From positions 17,174,001 to 17,238,000 of the forward strand of contig OZ193909.1 in the NCBI GenBank assembly GCA_964276515.1: a stretch of 64,000 bases of DNA, written 5' to 3'. The position numbers and the translations under genes were made by a program. Source of the DNA: Gordius albopunctatus. Taxonomy: Eukaryota. Below, one piece after another: positions 52,217 to 64,000 of the stretch (its first letter is position 1; each line of letters opens with the position of its first letter). A model generated the notes under the pieces. The model did not search any database and was not told the origin of the DNA. It saw only the letters and a program-made list of their open reading frames with translations.

Positions 52217-55200
52217 TCATCGCGGAGAGACTGCTAGGTACTCATGTAGCAGCCTTTCGTTGCCTGAGCCAATAAACAGATAGTACTTTATATTAGAATT
52301 GGCTTTGGTCTCCACTAATAAGATATTTTGATGGAATTTATTAACTAAATTATTACGAATGGATTTTATACGCAGAATGTTATTAGGTAATAGAATAACT
52401 CGTTGATGGTCAAGATCCTTTTCTTCTGCCTCTGCTATTGCTTACCAAAAGTGATATGTAATTGATAAATATATAATATTAGAGGAAATTATATTATTCG
52501 AATTGCAGAATTACACACAAGGTATACAACTTTTAATGGCATCTTAAAGCTAAGTAGTATATTAGTAGGAGTGTCGTATACATTTGCTATAACTTTTCTA
52601 CCTTTAATTAATGACATTTTTAAGGAAACATCGTTATGAATTATACTTTTTAAATAAAAATTATGGTACAAGCATTAGGCGTATGTATTTAAGTTAACAA
52701 GAGGTTTTGAAATAGAAAAACAGAAGGCTAAAAACATTTGTTGAAAAAATGCAATAGTAAAAAGAATTGCTGAGATTTCGAGTTATTTAAAAGTGACTTT
52801 TATGCGAAACCAATTAAATATTTATTTTTATGATAAATAAAAAAGTTTCAACTATCAAGGCGGTGGGAAAAATACGCACTCGCTTTTGCAACGTGACACT
52901 TTAATGCAAGAAAGACAATCGTCATATTCAGCATTATATGGTAAAGCAACAGTCAAATCTGATGTAGGTGAATTAAAAGAGCTTAACAATTTATTTCTTC
53001 TAATTTTACAGTGGTGGTTTATTAAAATTGAAATTCTGATTAGCTGCAACTTACGCCCGAATATTGATGTTTCTATAAGATTTTTGCGGTATTTAATATA
53101 ATTCCATTATTACAAAAGTAAGTTGGAGCAATATTTTGTTAAATGCTTCGAACAAAAATAATATAGCAATGACTTACTTTCCCTTTCTTTATATTAAAAT
53201 ATGTTTAAACCACGATGTGAATTTTATGGCTTTAATGATATATAGTTTTGTAAAAACGGCTGGGTTTGGTAGATCTTTAATTTAACTAAGACTAGCCGCC
53301 GAATCTGGTGTTTTTTTAAATTTTGACCAAGCTTGGAGATTGACCATGGAAAATAGACCAAAAGACCCTGGTTTTGTTTATGAAAGGTTGGCCAGACAAT
53401 CCCAGTCGTTTTTATAACACTAATGATATACCTGCTTTATCATGCATTCGAGATTCTATTCCAAATATTAAGATTTGTTAAAAAAAATAACGCTACTTGT
53501 TTTTATATTTTATCTTGTAATGAAATCTAATATTTTTATAAGTTTAGCTAATTATATCATTACGGATAAGAGAAGCCATCGCTATAAAATATTGATCAAA
53601 ATTAAGCCACAAAATCACTTTAAAACCATAAGTTATATTACAGAATGCGGATAGGATGCGGTTTTCACTATAAGCTAAAAAAAATATTATTATTTTATGA
53701 ATAAGATTTTTGTAATTATGTTACGTGTAACTGGAGTTATCATCTCTTTATATACATAAAAACAGTTTAGGTATATATATCAAATAAGTGGTAAGCTTAC
53801 TTATCTCTGTTAAATCTAATATAGGAACAAATAAAAACAAAAATGATAAATCTTTTAATTTTTATCAATTTAATTTAAAGCCTTAAGCTTATAGCATGGT
53901 AGGTTTATAATTTAAAGACCTCCGGTTAAATATGCCGTCTCATGGGGGTAATCAGGTTGGGAACTAAAGGGGCACATTAATTATTTAGAGAGGGGCAGAA
54001 TGTAAATTTTTTGAAATTTTACCTATAAATCGTATTTAATTATTAAAGAATTTTCGGATTTGTAGGGGGCAGCTGCCCCTCCCTGCCCCCCCCCCTGCCT
54101 ACGCGCATGTGACGTCTCAACTTTACAAATTATTTAATACCTTTTTCAATATCTTTTAACAATTTATCTGCATATCGTATATAATATAATGTTTAGTTTT
54201 AGTATATTTTAATACATTAAATTCAATCGACATACCCACTGAGTTTAACAAATCTTTAGAGAATTTATAGATAATTAGATAATACACGCATATGTCGTCA
54301 ATATAAAATAATAAGTCATTTATGTGTTTAAGAATTAGTTTTTTTTCTTCTATTGATAGCCCTAAAATAGTAACTCCTCCAAAATTAAAATAAATATCAA
54401 AACTCAAATATCTATTTGTCTTTAATAGTATTAATATAACCTTATAAAGCAAATAATATATGTCTACAAAATGGCTTACAATATAATAATAATATATGAT
54501 AGTATCGATAACGGTCCCATATATAAAGATGCGATTACTTTTTAATATTTAGATGTAAGAAATATTTGTCAAGGATTTTATCATTTTTATCTTCAATAAA
54601 AATTAAACATTGATTAACCTGTTACAACGCATGCCTGTAAGATTCCTTGATAGATAAGAAAAATAGATAGTTATTTTACACATATGTTCAATGATATTAA
54701 TTGATAGAGTTGTTATATTGCTAACTTTCTTCAACTCCAGCTACCATCTGCTCGAGTTTCTGCTCGGCCCTCGAGCATTTTTTTATGCTACTGCTCTGCC
54801 TAGTGCACCAAACAGCGAGCACATATTGTGCTAACGCGCATATTAAGTAACTCATTGTGCGTGCTCGGGTCTGGAGTTTGAAGAAAGTTAGCAATTTAAC
54901 AACTCTATTAATTGATCTTATATTCAAACTAGGATACCTTTGTACAACTCTAAAGAGCAAATGTTGTGCAATTTATATATAATTTTTAAAAATCATCTAA
55001 TTCTAAAATAATTTTTCAAATTTTAATTTTTTTCAAATTTTCTTTTGACTTACGAACGAAATTCTTGTGCAAGTCGTGCAACACTTCGTCTGTAATTTAA
55101 GAAAAGTGTTAAAGTTAGGTGTAGTTGTGCTAATTAGTATAAGCCATAGACTGCTCAATTATGCTTATAATGGTTTCTGCTATGACCTATATATTTATTT

Positions 55201-58200
55201 TGATTAAAAATGTAAATCATTTTGAGTTTCATCAACATGCGCTTTTGAAAAATAAAGTATTGTATAAAAATTAATAATTATTTATAAGTAAAATAAACTT
55301 TCATAGCGCCATCTACATCTGAACTTATTTTCCAACATGAATTTTGGGCAATTCATATGGTTTGATGAATTTTTAAAATTGCTATAATGGTTAAAATGGG
55401 TTTTTCATGTTATAAGATTAATGATTATTGACCAATACAATCCATCGCTATACAAACTATACGTCACTTCTCAAAATGGTGGTCGTTTTTTGCAACACTT
55501 TTGATGCGTGTGAATATATAAGAGATGAGCAGTCTATTACTCTATGGTCTTATCATTAAAATGTCTAATCACATTAGACATTAGCTAAATTATTTATCAA
55601 AATGTTAGATGAATATTCCTTTTGTACACAATAACCTTCAAAGGAACTTATGTTCACTGTTTGGTGAATTATGACGCTCGAATCAGAATTTAATATGACT
55701 GAGAATGTTTTAGCAATACAACAGTATATTATGGGCAGTGGAAACATATATTGCTTTTATATGCAGTGACTCACCAATGTGCTTGTAATGCGGAGATACT
55801 GTTGGCAATAATGAGGATACCAAATTTATTTATTTGAACTTATACAGATTTATTAAGAGCGTGAATGATATTTAGCCAAAATAGCGCATAAATAATCTAG
55901 AATATAATCATTTTAGTTAATAAGATTATTAGGTTTTATAGAGAAGTTGCAAAATGCTTACAATGTAACACATCTAAAGAGTCCACTAAATAATATGTAC
56001 TTAAAATAGGTTTGCTAGTTTTTTAATTTACGTGTTAGCTTCAATTCTTTTCTTAAATCTAAGAAGAAACAGATGAATTATAATTTTAATATCAAGACAT
56101 TTATCCCAGAACGATGCATCCTGGACTATTAATTCTAGAGGACATATCATTTCATAAATACTAATCTATTTTAAATTATTAGTTTATACTTATAAATTTT
56201 GAAATTGAGATGGAGTCAGGCGCGTAACCAGGATTTTCTCAAGGGAGAGGAAAAATTCAAAAAAAATTTCGACACTTTTATTTATAATGTAACAAAAATA
56301 AACTTCGCGTACAAATATCATCATTTAGATAAAATTGAATAATGGCGGAAACAAAAGCAAAATTATATGAGTTTGATCTGAAAAAATTCTCAAGTTGCTA
56401 ATATGCAAAATTATACAGTCACTCAATCTGTTTACTTGACATTTTTGAGTACAGCTAAATGAACGATGTTTAGATGAACAAAAAACAAGTTTTTCATAAT
56501 TTACAATCGATGGTGGATAATTATAATGGTGGGTGGGGTAGTGCAAGCTTTTAGTCGAAAATTAAATTCGGAAAAATGAATGTACATATTATGTTTCCAG
56601 GCTTTTATGAGTGTCTCAAAATCTTTTATGCAACTAAATTATAATATTTTAAACCATTTAATCTAATTATTAATCAAAAAAAATTCAAATTTTGGTCAAG
56701 GGGGTAGAAAAGTCTCGCTTTTCGCCCTCTTGGCTACGCGCTTGTGGAGTCCTATATAATATATGTTAATTGATAGCACGTTGGCAAAGCTTCATGTTTA
56801 GTTATAGCCTTACTTTGAGAGCTTGATTCTAGATATTAACATTAATTATACATTCCACTATCATTCTAAATATGTTTGGCATAGACTAATTGCTTGCACC
56901 ATTATTATTTATGCAAACGCAAGTGTGTCAAATTAGAGATTCAAATAATAAACTAAATTACTTCTATTAATAAGGTTAGGGCATAAACCTATGACGCCTC
57001 CTTTCTTTTAAAACTTAAACACTTTTCATTGCCATTTTTAGGGCTATCTCATTCTAATTTTCATCGCACATATCAATTTTTTGAATTACATTCGGAGGAT
57101 GATAATCCCTTTAAATTTTACAAAATCATTAAAAACTTAAAGATTTTTTGTATACTATGAAATTAAACAGCGTCTAGATTTCAACGATATAGAGAAAGGA
57201 AAAATAGAAAACCAGTCATCATAAGTCTTCTAAATAGTTGCGATCATAAATGGAAATCTTCTGTGTATGTCCAGGGATAGAAAAAAGAAAATGTTGAATC
57301 TTAATAATTTCAAAATTCCCTACATGTAACAAAATTCTAATTTGTAAAAATCATCATTAAGGAAGCCCCCTTACACTTTATACTGCGTTTGTATAAGAGA
57401 ACTCATGTGTTGTCATGATGAGGCGCCGCTGTTAAAACATATATTAGGAAAGTATTACCCAATTTGCTAATGTTTAGGTCCTCTAAACCAAGTTAAATGT
57501 TTAAACAATGATGGGAGGAGAACTAACACGAATAATTTTACTTGGAGATGTATGGAGAAGACTTGAATATTCGAAGGCTTTATATCAAATTTTGTGAATA
57601 GAATCGTATAAATAACTAATACACAATTATGCTAATACAGGAATGATATTAAAATATCAATTTAAATTTGTGTGTATATGACAATTATAATTTATTTGAT
57701 AAAACGGGCGTAGGGAGGGGGAGGCAGAAAGGTGCTCAACATTTAATATTATGATGGCTAAAATTACAAAATATTACCATTTTTCACTGCCCTAAATCAA
57801 TATTAACCCCCTCTAATTTCAATCCTGCCAACGCCCATGTTTTAATGAATGTATTTTATATATCTAAATATGACTAAATATATTTAAACTGCCAGTTGTT
57901 ATATACATGCTTATTTTTAAATTTACCCTTTTCTATCAAGTCTAAATAAATTATAAAATTTATGAATAACATTACATAAATAAATTTATACCCAAGCAAA
58001 CATATTTTTATCACATGAATGTATCTAAGATTTCAACAAAGTCATAAAAATTCCTATACCTTTTATAAAATGTCTAGCCGTTTCAACTAAAACAATTTTA
58101 AATGTGATAGTTAATTCTCTTAAATTTCTTACCTAATAGCACATTATCATCTAATGTAAACATTAATTGATATGTTATATATTAATTCAGTTTTGTAGCT

Positions 58201-60360
58201 ATTAAGTTCCTGATATAAAATTATATATAGGTATATTGTATAAATGACTATTTCCAACTTTGATAAGTTTTATATAAATAACAGAAACCCCTAGGGTTAA
58301 CTTTTGAAATTAGAATATTTAGATTTTGTGATTTATTAGATTGGTATAAAAAAATTAGATTCAGGACTAAGAACTATAAAAACGCGCTAAAACTAAACGG
58401 ATGGCATTGATCCGTGTATGGAAATCATATGGGATTTAAAAATTTAAAATCTCATATATTTGGATTTTTATCTCGATTAAAGATAAAATTAAAATAACTT
58501 CTAACTTTTAAAAATTATTGTTGAATAAAATCATTAATATTTCTTGATAATAGATGAAAATTTAATATTGTTTAAATAATAATTTTCGCCAAAATGCTAA
58601 CATTTTCTATTATACTAAAAGATAATTAAAATAATATAAAATAGTTATTAGTTTACATGTAGGCTCTTCTTGAACTTATATTATATTAATTACAAACACT
58701 CAAAAATTATTTATACTTTTATATATATAGACCAGTTTCTGATAGTATTGATCTATTGTAAATTGCATAAGTCATAAACCAAATATATCAATTAAAATTA
58801 TAGAATAAAATTAATGTATAAGTATTTATTTGACTATATTTATAGCTTTACTTATATGCATCATAATTTTGTTCAACACTACGATATGGTCAAAATTCAT
58901 TTATTTCACATTTATTTACTATATAAAAAATGAAGCACACAAATTTAGATAGATGGATTACTTAAAGAATTTTCTAAAAATATACGTTTAGGTTTGAATT
59001 AAAATAGAATATCAAAATTAATTACAGAAAAGCAATTTATAAATATAAGCAAATATGAAACCCAACAAAATCATCAATAATTTAAACTTATTATTTTGGT
59101 CGGGTTTTATAAAAAATAAATTTCATTAATAAATAAATGATAAAGTGTCTATATTTTTGTCAGCCCACAAATATTTGGAATATTTATATGTTTATTAACT
59201 TGAGGAAATGACTTATCATAATTTGTTATTGTAATGTGAATATCCGTCCGATCAAAAATTATAATAAAAACATTTTATATTATGTATAAATTATCCTTAC
59301 TTTGGCAACTGTCGATAATCTTAGTCTCTGTAAAATTATACAACGAACATTTATATTTATTGATACAGCATTACAATCACTAATAGTCACCAAATGTTAA
59401 TAATTAATAAATGCTATAAGAAAAGTTTTATAAAATGTTTTTATAAAAAGGCGTTTGAATATACCTAAATTTTTGATTTCTCGCTGAATAACTATATAAA
59501 AGAACAAATTTATTATAAAAGTAATATATATATTGCTCACCTTGACTCGAAGCATTGTATTGTAGCTCTAAAAAAGTTATTTTAAAATTATCATACTATA
59601 CTTTCCAAATAACAGTTTTATATTTTTTTTAATAAGTGCCTCCCCCCCCCCAAAAAAAAAAATTAAATGTGTCCTTCCATTTTTAGATCTAGGACACTGA
59701 ACAGGAAAAAATAGACTTTTTTTCCCTAAAAGACACCCATCTTACAGTAAATTTGCTTATCGGTTAATTTAAAAAATCTATATATATTACACATTTCTTA
59801 CCATAATTACTAGAGCTAAAATGCTTTTGACCTAGCAAACATTCATAAATGTTTTCAGCGTTTAAAATTTCAAACATTCTAACAATAATTTAATGAGTAT
59901 ACTTTTAAGATCGTCTAAGATTTTATTAGTGTAAGGATAAATAACAAACATATATAATAGTTGCTAAAAAAGCATACCAAGAGGTTGAAGAGCCAAATTA
60001 TCAACTAAGAATAAAGGCAAAAAGTTGTAAAATATAAATAATTTTTTAATAAAAGGTCTTATAAAGTTTTAAAAAATCTCACTTTTTTCAATAGTCACTT
60101 TAACTAAATCGGTTAAATAAGTTGCTGATATGATAAGCTAGTTAAACTTACAAAAATCGGAAAGACATTCAACATTATGCCAATAATGTAGGTCCCCATA
60201 CACTAAATAAGTGATTACGAATTAACATTAAAATAGTTTATTTCTTAATGGCTTAGTTTAGGTTTGTTTAATTAGCAAACCAAACTGTTTTAAGATGATT
60301 ACCTTTCGATAAAAGGGGAGCACACAATAATACATAAAAGTTGGCGAACCAGAAATTCAT
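52217..60360 (-). CDS. Micro-exon gene, upstream block: signal-peptide exon plus ~30 symmetric phase-1 exons; putative secreted glycoprotein
   Basis: Exons 60303-60360 (MNFWFANFYVLLCAPLLSK), 60152-60202, 59978-60004, 59802-59831, 59541-59567, 59465-59491, 59301-59327, 58962-58973, 58852-58878, 58717-58752, 58657-58674, 58133-58150, 58060-58086, 57927-57941, 57542-57577, 57459-57482, 56962-56988, 56814-56828, 55962-55973, 55775-55798, 55636-55656, 55054-55089, 54938-54949, 54236-54253, 54141-54167, 53801-53815, 53642-53674, 53564-53581, 53432-53455, 53178-53186, 53055-53072; possible terminal exon 52217-52434. Confidence 0.78.
53243..53422. mobile_element. hAT-type MITE
   Basis: TIR tagttttgtaaaaacg/cgtttttataacacta; perfect 8-bp TSD atgatata. 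Confidence 0.9.
53941..54109. mobile_element. hAT-type MITE (CATGGGCGTAGCC family)
   Basis: TSD tgccgtct/tgacgtct. Confidence 0.85.
54705..54907. mobile_element. hAT-type MITE with ~36-bp TIRs
   Basis: tagagttgttatattgctaactttcttcaa / ttgaagaaagttagcaatttaacaactcta; perfect TSD ttaattga. Confidence 0.92.
55145..55546. mobile_element. P-element-like MITE
   Basis: catagactgctca ... tgagcagtctattactctatg; internal similarity to 46394-46828. Confidence 0.7.
56217..56744. mobile_element. hAT-type non-autonomous element
   Basis: TIR caggcgcgtaacca/tggctacgcgcttg; flanking 6-bp repeat tggagt. Confidence 0.8.
57703..57839. mobile_element. hAT-type MITE (CATGGGCGTAGCC family), degenerate
   Basis: Same internal sequence as 18874-19041; ends acgcccatg. 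Confidence 0.75.
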
Positions 60361-63328
60361 CGATTAAATGTGGAAATATAACGGATAAAACGTAACTTTT
60401 TCAGAGACAAAAAAATGTATAAATTGGTATTTGAAAAACACTAAATATTTAATTTAATTTTTATTAAGTAATTAATTAACAAATTACATAAGTTTGAACT
60501 CTTGTTTATATTTATAGTAAAAGTTTAAATTCAAATAGTTTAATTAAAAATGTAATTAATTATATAGGCATTTTTAAGAAATCTAATTTTGAATTTGTTT
60601 TATGTTTAGATTTAAAAATATAAAGTTTGATAATTAATAGAACATATTATGAAGTATAGAGTTGTATTTTAGTAATTTAACATTTATTCTTCTGATTGAA
60701 AAATTTTTAAATATATGTTTATGTACTTTTTACTATGGTTATTTAAATTAATTTATTCACTTTACTGTTTAGTTTAACACAGCCTTACTTACCAATATTT
60801 GCTAAGAGCAATTTTTCATATTTCAAATTAAACATAAACTTAAAAGTGTTGACCACTAAAATACATATTCTAATTTCACCGATTTCAAATAAATAACCAA
60901 TGCGCATAGTATATTTTAAAATAGAAGCTCATTCCTAAGTAAGATGATTAACCATTACAACGAGCTCGCTTTTAGAATCAGTTGGCCAGGATGTGGCGAA
61001 TGGGGTGGACCTATTCCAATGACTAGAAGAGGCGAGCATATTGCGTGCATCCAGATCTGATGTTTAGCTACTAAACCTTTTTAACAATATAAATATGGGT
61101 AATCGTTCTCAGCAATTATTAGGCAACTATACTATGGACGACGAGATTTTAATAAAAACATGGCTAAGCAAGTTGCCAGGCAATTTTAACAATATATTGC
61201 CAGTTTTTTCCGGGGATTAGTATTTAAATAAACTAACAGAAACAGCTAATTGCACAGCATAGCTAAGTTAAAACAACTCAGTCAATAGCCGAGTTTTGAT
61301 TGATAAGTTAAGATTAAGGTAAAAGATTTTAAAAATAAATCCTATACTCTTACACTTTTTTCTTTTGTAGTTATCAAGACTCCTTTTCACGACGAGGCAA
61401 TAGTTTGATTGACATTTCGCTAGCTGAGAATTGGAGTGCTCTATCTGCACAAAACTCCGAACTGAGATAATTGAGTTCAAAGTTTGAAATGCTATAAAAT
61501 CTAAACTAATTATTCATATGACTTGAAATTAAGTTTGATAGTGTAAATTATTAGCATCTATATTATTTTAGCCAAAAATGTGGATTTTTTCTTTTATTTC
61601 ATAAAAAAATTGATTTTTTAAATTTCAGATAGAGCAAAGTTCTAAATTTTTTGCAATTTTATTTAGCTACTTTGCTCTATCTGCATTTTTAACCGCAAGT
61701 TTTAAGGTTTTATTGACATTAGATTTATGACTTATAACTTTAATAATAAAATAAATATGAGATTATTAAATTAGTTATATATTATTTACTCAAATTTATT
61801 CAATATTATAAAAAACTATGGTAATTTGGGGTTAGGTACATTATAAGGTAAACTATGAAATTTTTTAAATATCTTTGAGTATATAATTAAATTTCTAAAA
61901 CAATTATAATGATTTCTATCCTTTATATAGCTAAAATATTTAATTCTAGCAATTTGTAGCAATCATACTATTTACAACAAATACTATTAATTTATTAATT
62001 ATAAAATAAATGATACATACAAAAGAATATCTAGTAGAAGTACAATCAATTATATCTATTTTTATATAAATATTTCCTTTAAAAATTTAACTCTTGACAA
62101 TTTTGAATAATCTTAAATATTCTCTTTTAAAAATTGAATTTTTTTCCTTTCTCTTGCAAACTTTGTTTTGGCCATAAAAATCATTTTTTTCCATGCGCAA
62201 TAATGAACAAAGCCTAAAATTAATATTATTATTAATCATTTATACAAATTTTGCCTCTAGTCTAATTTCAACCATCATTTACAATTTTTTGATTTGTTTT
62301 GGCTATATTTTTATATTAATTTTACTTATCTTCACCCGAAATAGTTCTTATTTATCAATGTTTGACATACAACAATGTGAAAAGTAATTGTAGAGATATT
62401 ATTCGAATTAAAATTTAAAAGCAGACGATTTACTCACGTGATTAAATGAGCGCGATTGGGTGATTGCAGATAGTGCAAACCAATTCTGAAAAATATTAAC
62501 ATTCGTGATTTTAGCCAAATAAGAGCCTTAATAGCGAAGTCAAAAAAAAAGTTTATGATAGAATATATAAAAATATACCAAATAGCACTTTTACTTTAAA
62601 ATTTTCAAAAATTGCAGATAGAGAACTCAATTCTCAGGTAGCGATTTGTTGATACCATTGAATTTTGAAAATAAAGCAAAAAAGTGTAGCCAACTTTGCA
62701 CCTTCTAGTTTTGCTTTTTCACAAACTGCTTAACCAGCTTGAACGGCGACCGCTTAGTAGTGACCATCGCAGTCACTAGTTTTATACTGACAAACTTTCT
62801 GGTCACCATTGACTTGTGGATACCGATGCCTTCATTAGCGTATTTCTTTAAAAAAAATGAAAGCCCTTTACCTGGACTATTTCAATAACAAACTAACAAT
62901 AGTTACATTAAAACTTAAGGCCAAATTTATTTTTCATCGAATTTTAACCTATGGAAAACCTTAAGGTGAGATTCTAAAATCGTAACCCTTAGATTCACTC
63001 ATTTTTAAGACAGATTTTATTATTTTTTTTAATTTTCCGGTAGATCTAAGATCACCTTTGTCTCCCGAAAAAGGTGTCAAGTGGTATGCCCACATCAACG
63101 ATATCTTTGAAAACTGGTGTTTTTACAGTACACAAATAGACGTATAACCAATTCCCTTAAGTAATAAAGTCCTTCAATTACAGAACTTAGGTTCATGGAA
63201 CAGTCCATCATATCTACACTAAAGGTACTTCGAGCTATAAAAGAAAATTAAAAATTAGCATTCGCAAATTAGCTGGGCCTCACCATTGCACATTGCTCGA
63301 ACGAAAATAGGGCGACTTGTATTGACAC

Positions 63329-64000
63329 CTTAGACTAGATAGACTGCTCATCGAAGTGGCATTCATTTGAAAATTGTGTACCCAATACTCCGCCATTTAA
63401 ATAAGTGAAAATTTGGCAAAGACATAGGTAACTTATATGTTTTGTGTATATATTTGATTATTTATTTACATCCCTATATCATATTATATGAATTTAAACT
63501 TGCTTATTAATTAATTAAGTGCTTACAAATACCATTAAGTCTAATTGTGACATCATGATGCTAGGTGTTCAATTATTTTAAATATAATAGGAATAACTCA
63601 AATAATATTATGGCTTATTGTGCAGCTTATGGATCCAACAACTCAAAACCTAAAAATAAGGAGCTTTCCTTCCACAAGTAAATTTAAAAATATATCAATC
63701 CATCATACATTTTAATATATATTTAACCTTTTTTATATATTCTCATGTTATTTTTTATATATTTCTTTGCTCATCAACTAACCAATTAGGTTTCCCCTAA
63801 AGAACAAACCACTTCTTAAGAATTGGCTTCATAATGCCAAAAGAGATTTTATTCCAGCCAAAAACTCCCTACTGTACAGTGCTCATTTTACTCCTGATTC
63901 ATTTTATGCCACCCCCAATAAATATAAGCAACTTAGAGAAGGTTCAATGCCTACAATTTTTAATTTACCAGAGCATCTTCAAAAATTATTATTAAATCAA
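63329..64000 (+). mobile_element. 5' end of a P-element-like transposon with spliced THAP domain
   Basis: TIR cttagactagatagactgctca; ATG 63610, exon 63610-63677, GT-AG intron 63678-63789, exon 63790-64000: MAYCAAYGSNNSKPKNKELSFHKFPLKNKPLLKNWL...LYSAHF...LREGSMPTIF. Confidence 0.88.

Noticed and set aside
54480..54634. Exon candidates with non-3n lengths (54619-54634, 54480-54537; also 44196-44211, 57090-57108, 59746-59777)
   Set aside because: They break the frame or need implausibly short introns, so they were left out of the micro-exon model; they show that the background rate of such matches is not zero.
60960..61200. GC-richer patch upstream of the micro-exon gene
   Set aside because: Only short frames with no recognisable motif or splice structure.
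61430..62640. Recurring TGCAGATAGAGCA motif in both orientations
   Set aside because: Probably subterminal repeats of a DNA transposon, but termini and TSD could not be defined.

Overview
AT-rich invertebrate (metazoan) nuclear DNA, dense in transposons, with very short spliceosomal introns; the species cannot be fixed from sequence alone. Two conserved genes were reconstructed by hand. ZNHIT1 (+, 11099-11787) contains an AT-AC U12-type minor intron, and ZNF207/BuGZ (-, 23496-26899) has 10 exons. The main finding is invisible to the ORF track: the apparently empty region at ~39.5-60.4 kb holds about 70 tiny (6-51 nt) AG/GT-bounded exons on the minus strand. Their lengths are multiples of 3, all are phase 1-1 and stop-free, and they follow a signal-peptide exon. 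This is one giant, or two tandem, micro-exon gene(s) predicted to encode secreted N-glycosylated protein, architecturally like schistosome MEGs. The second finding, at 13.76-15.2 kb, is a hepadnavirus-like RNase H C-terminus followed by TATA/Inr, a poly(A) signal, a 70-bp direct repeat and a new ORF, suggesting an integrated pararetrovirus-like or HEART-like element. The remainder is RTE-clade LINEs, two non-autonomous tRNA-Trp-primed Gypsy LTR elements, Helitron fragments, a THAP/P-like element and many hAT-, P- and Tc1-type MITEs, several nested. All gene models are manual and lack transcript support.
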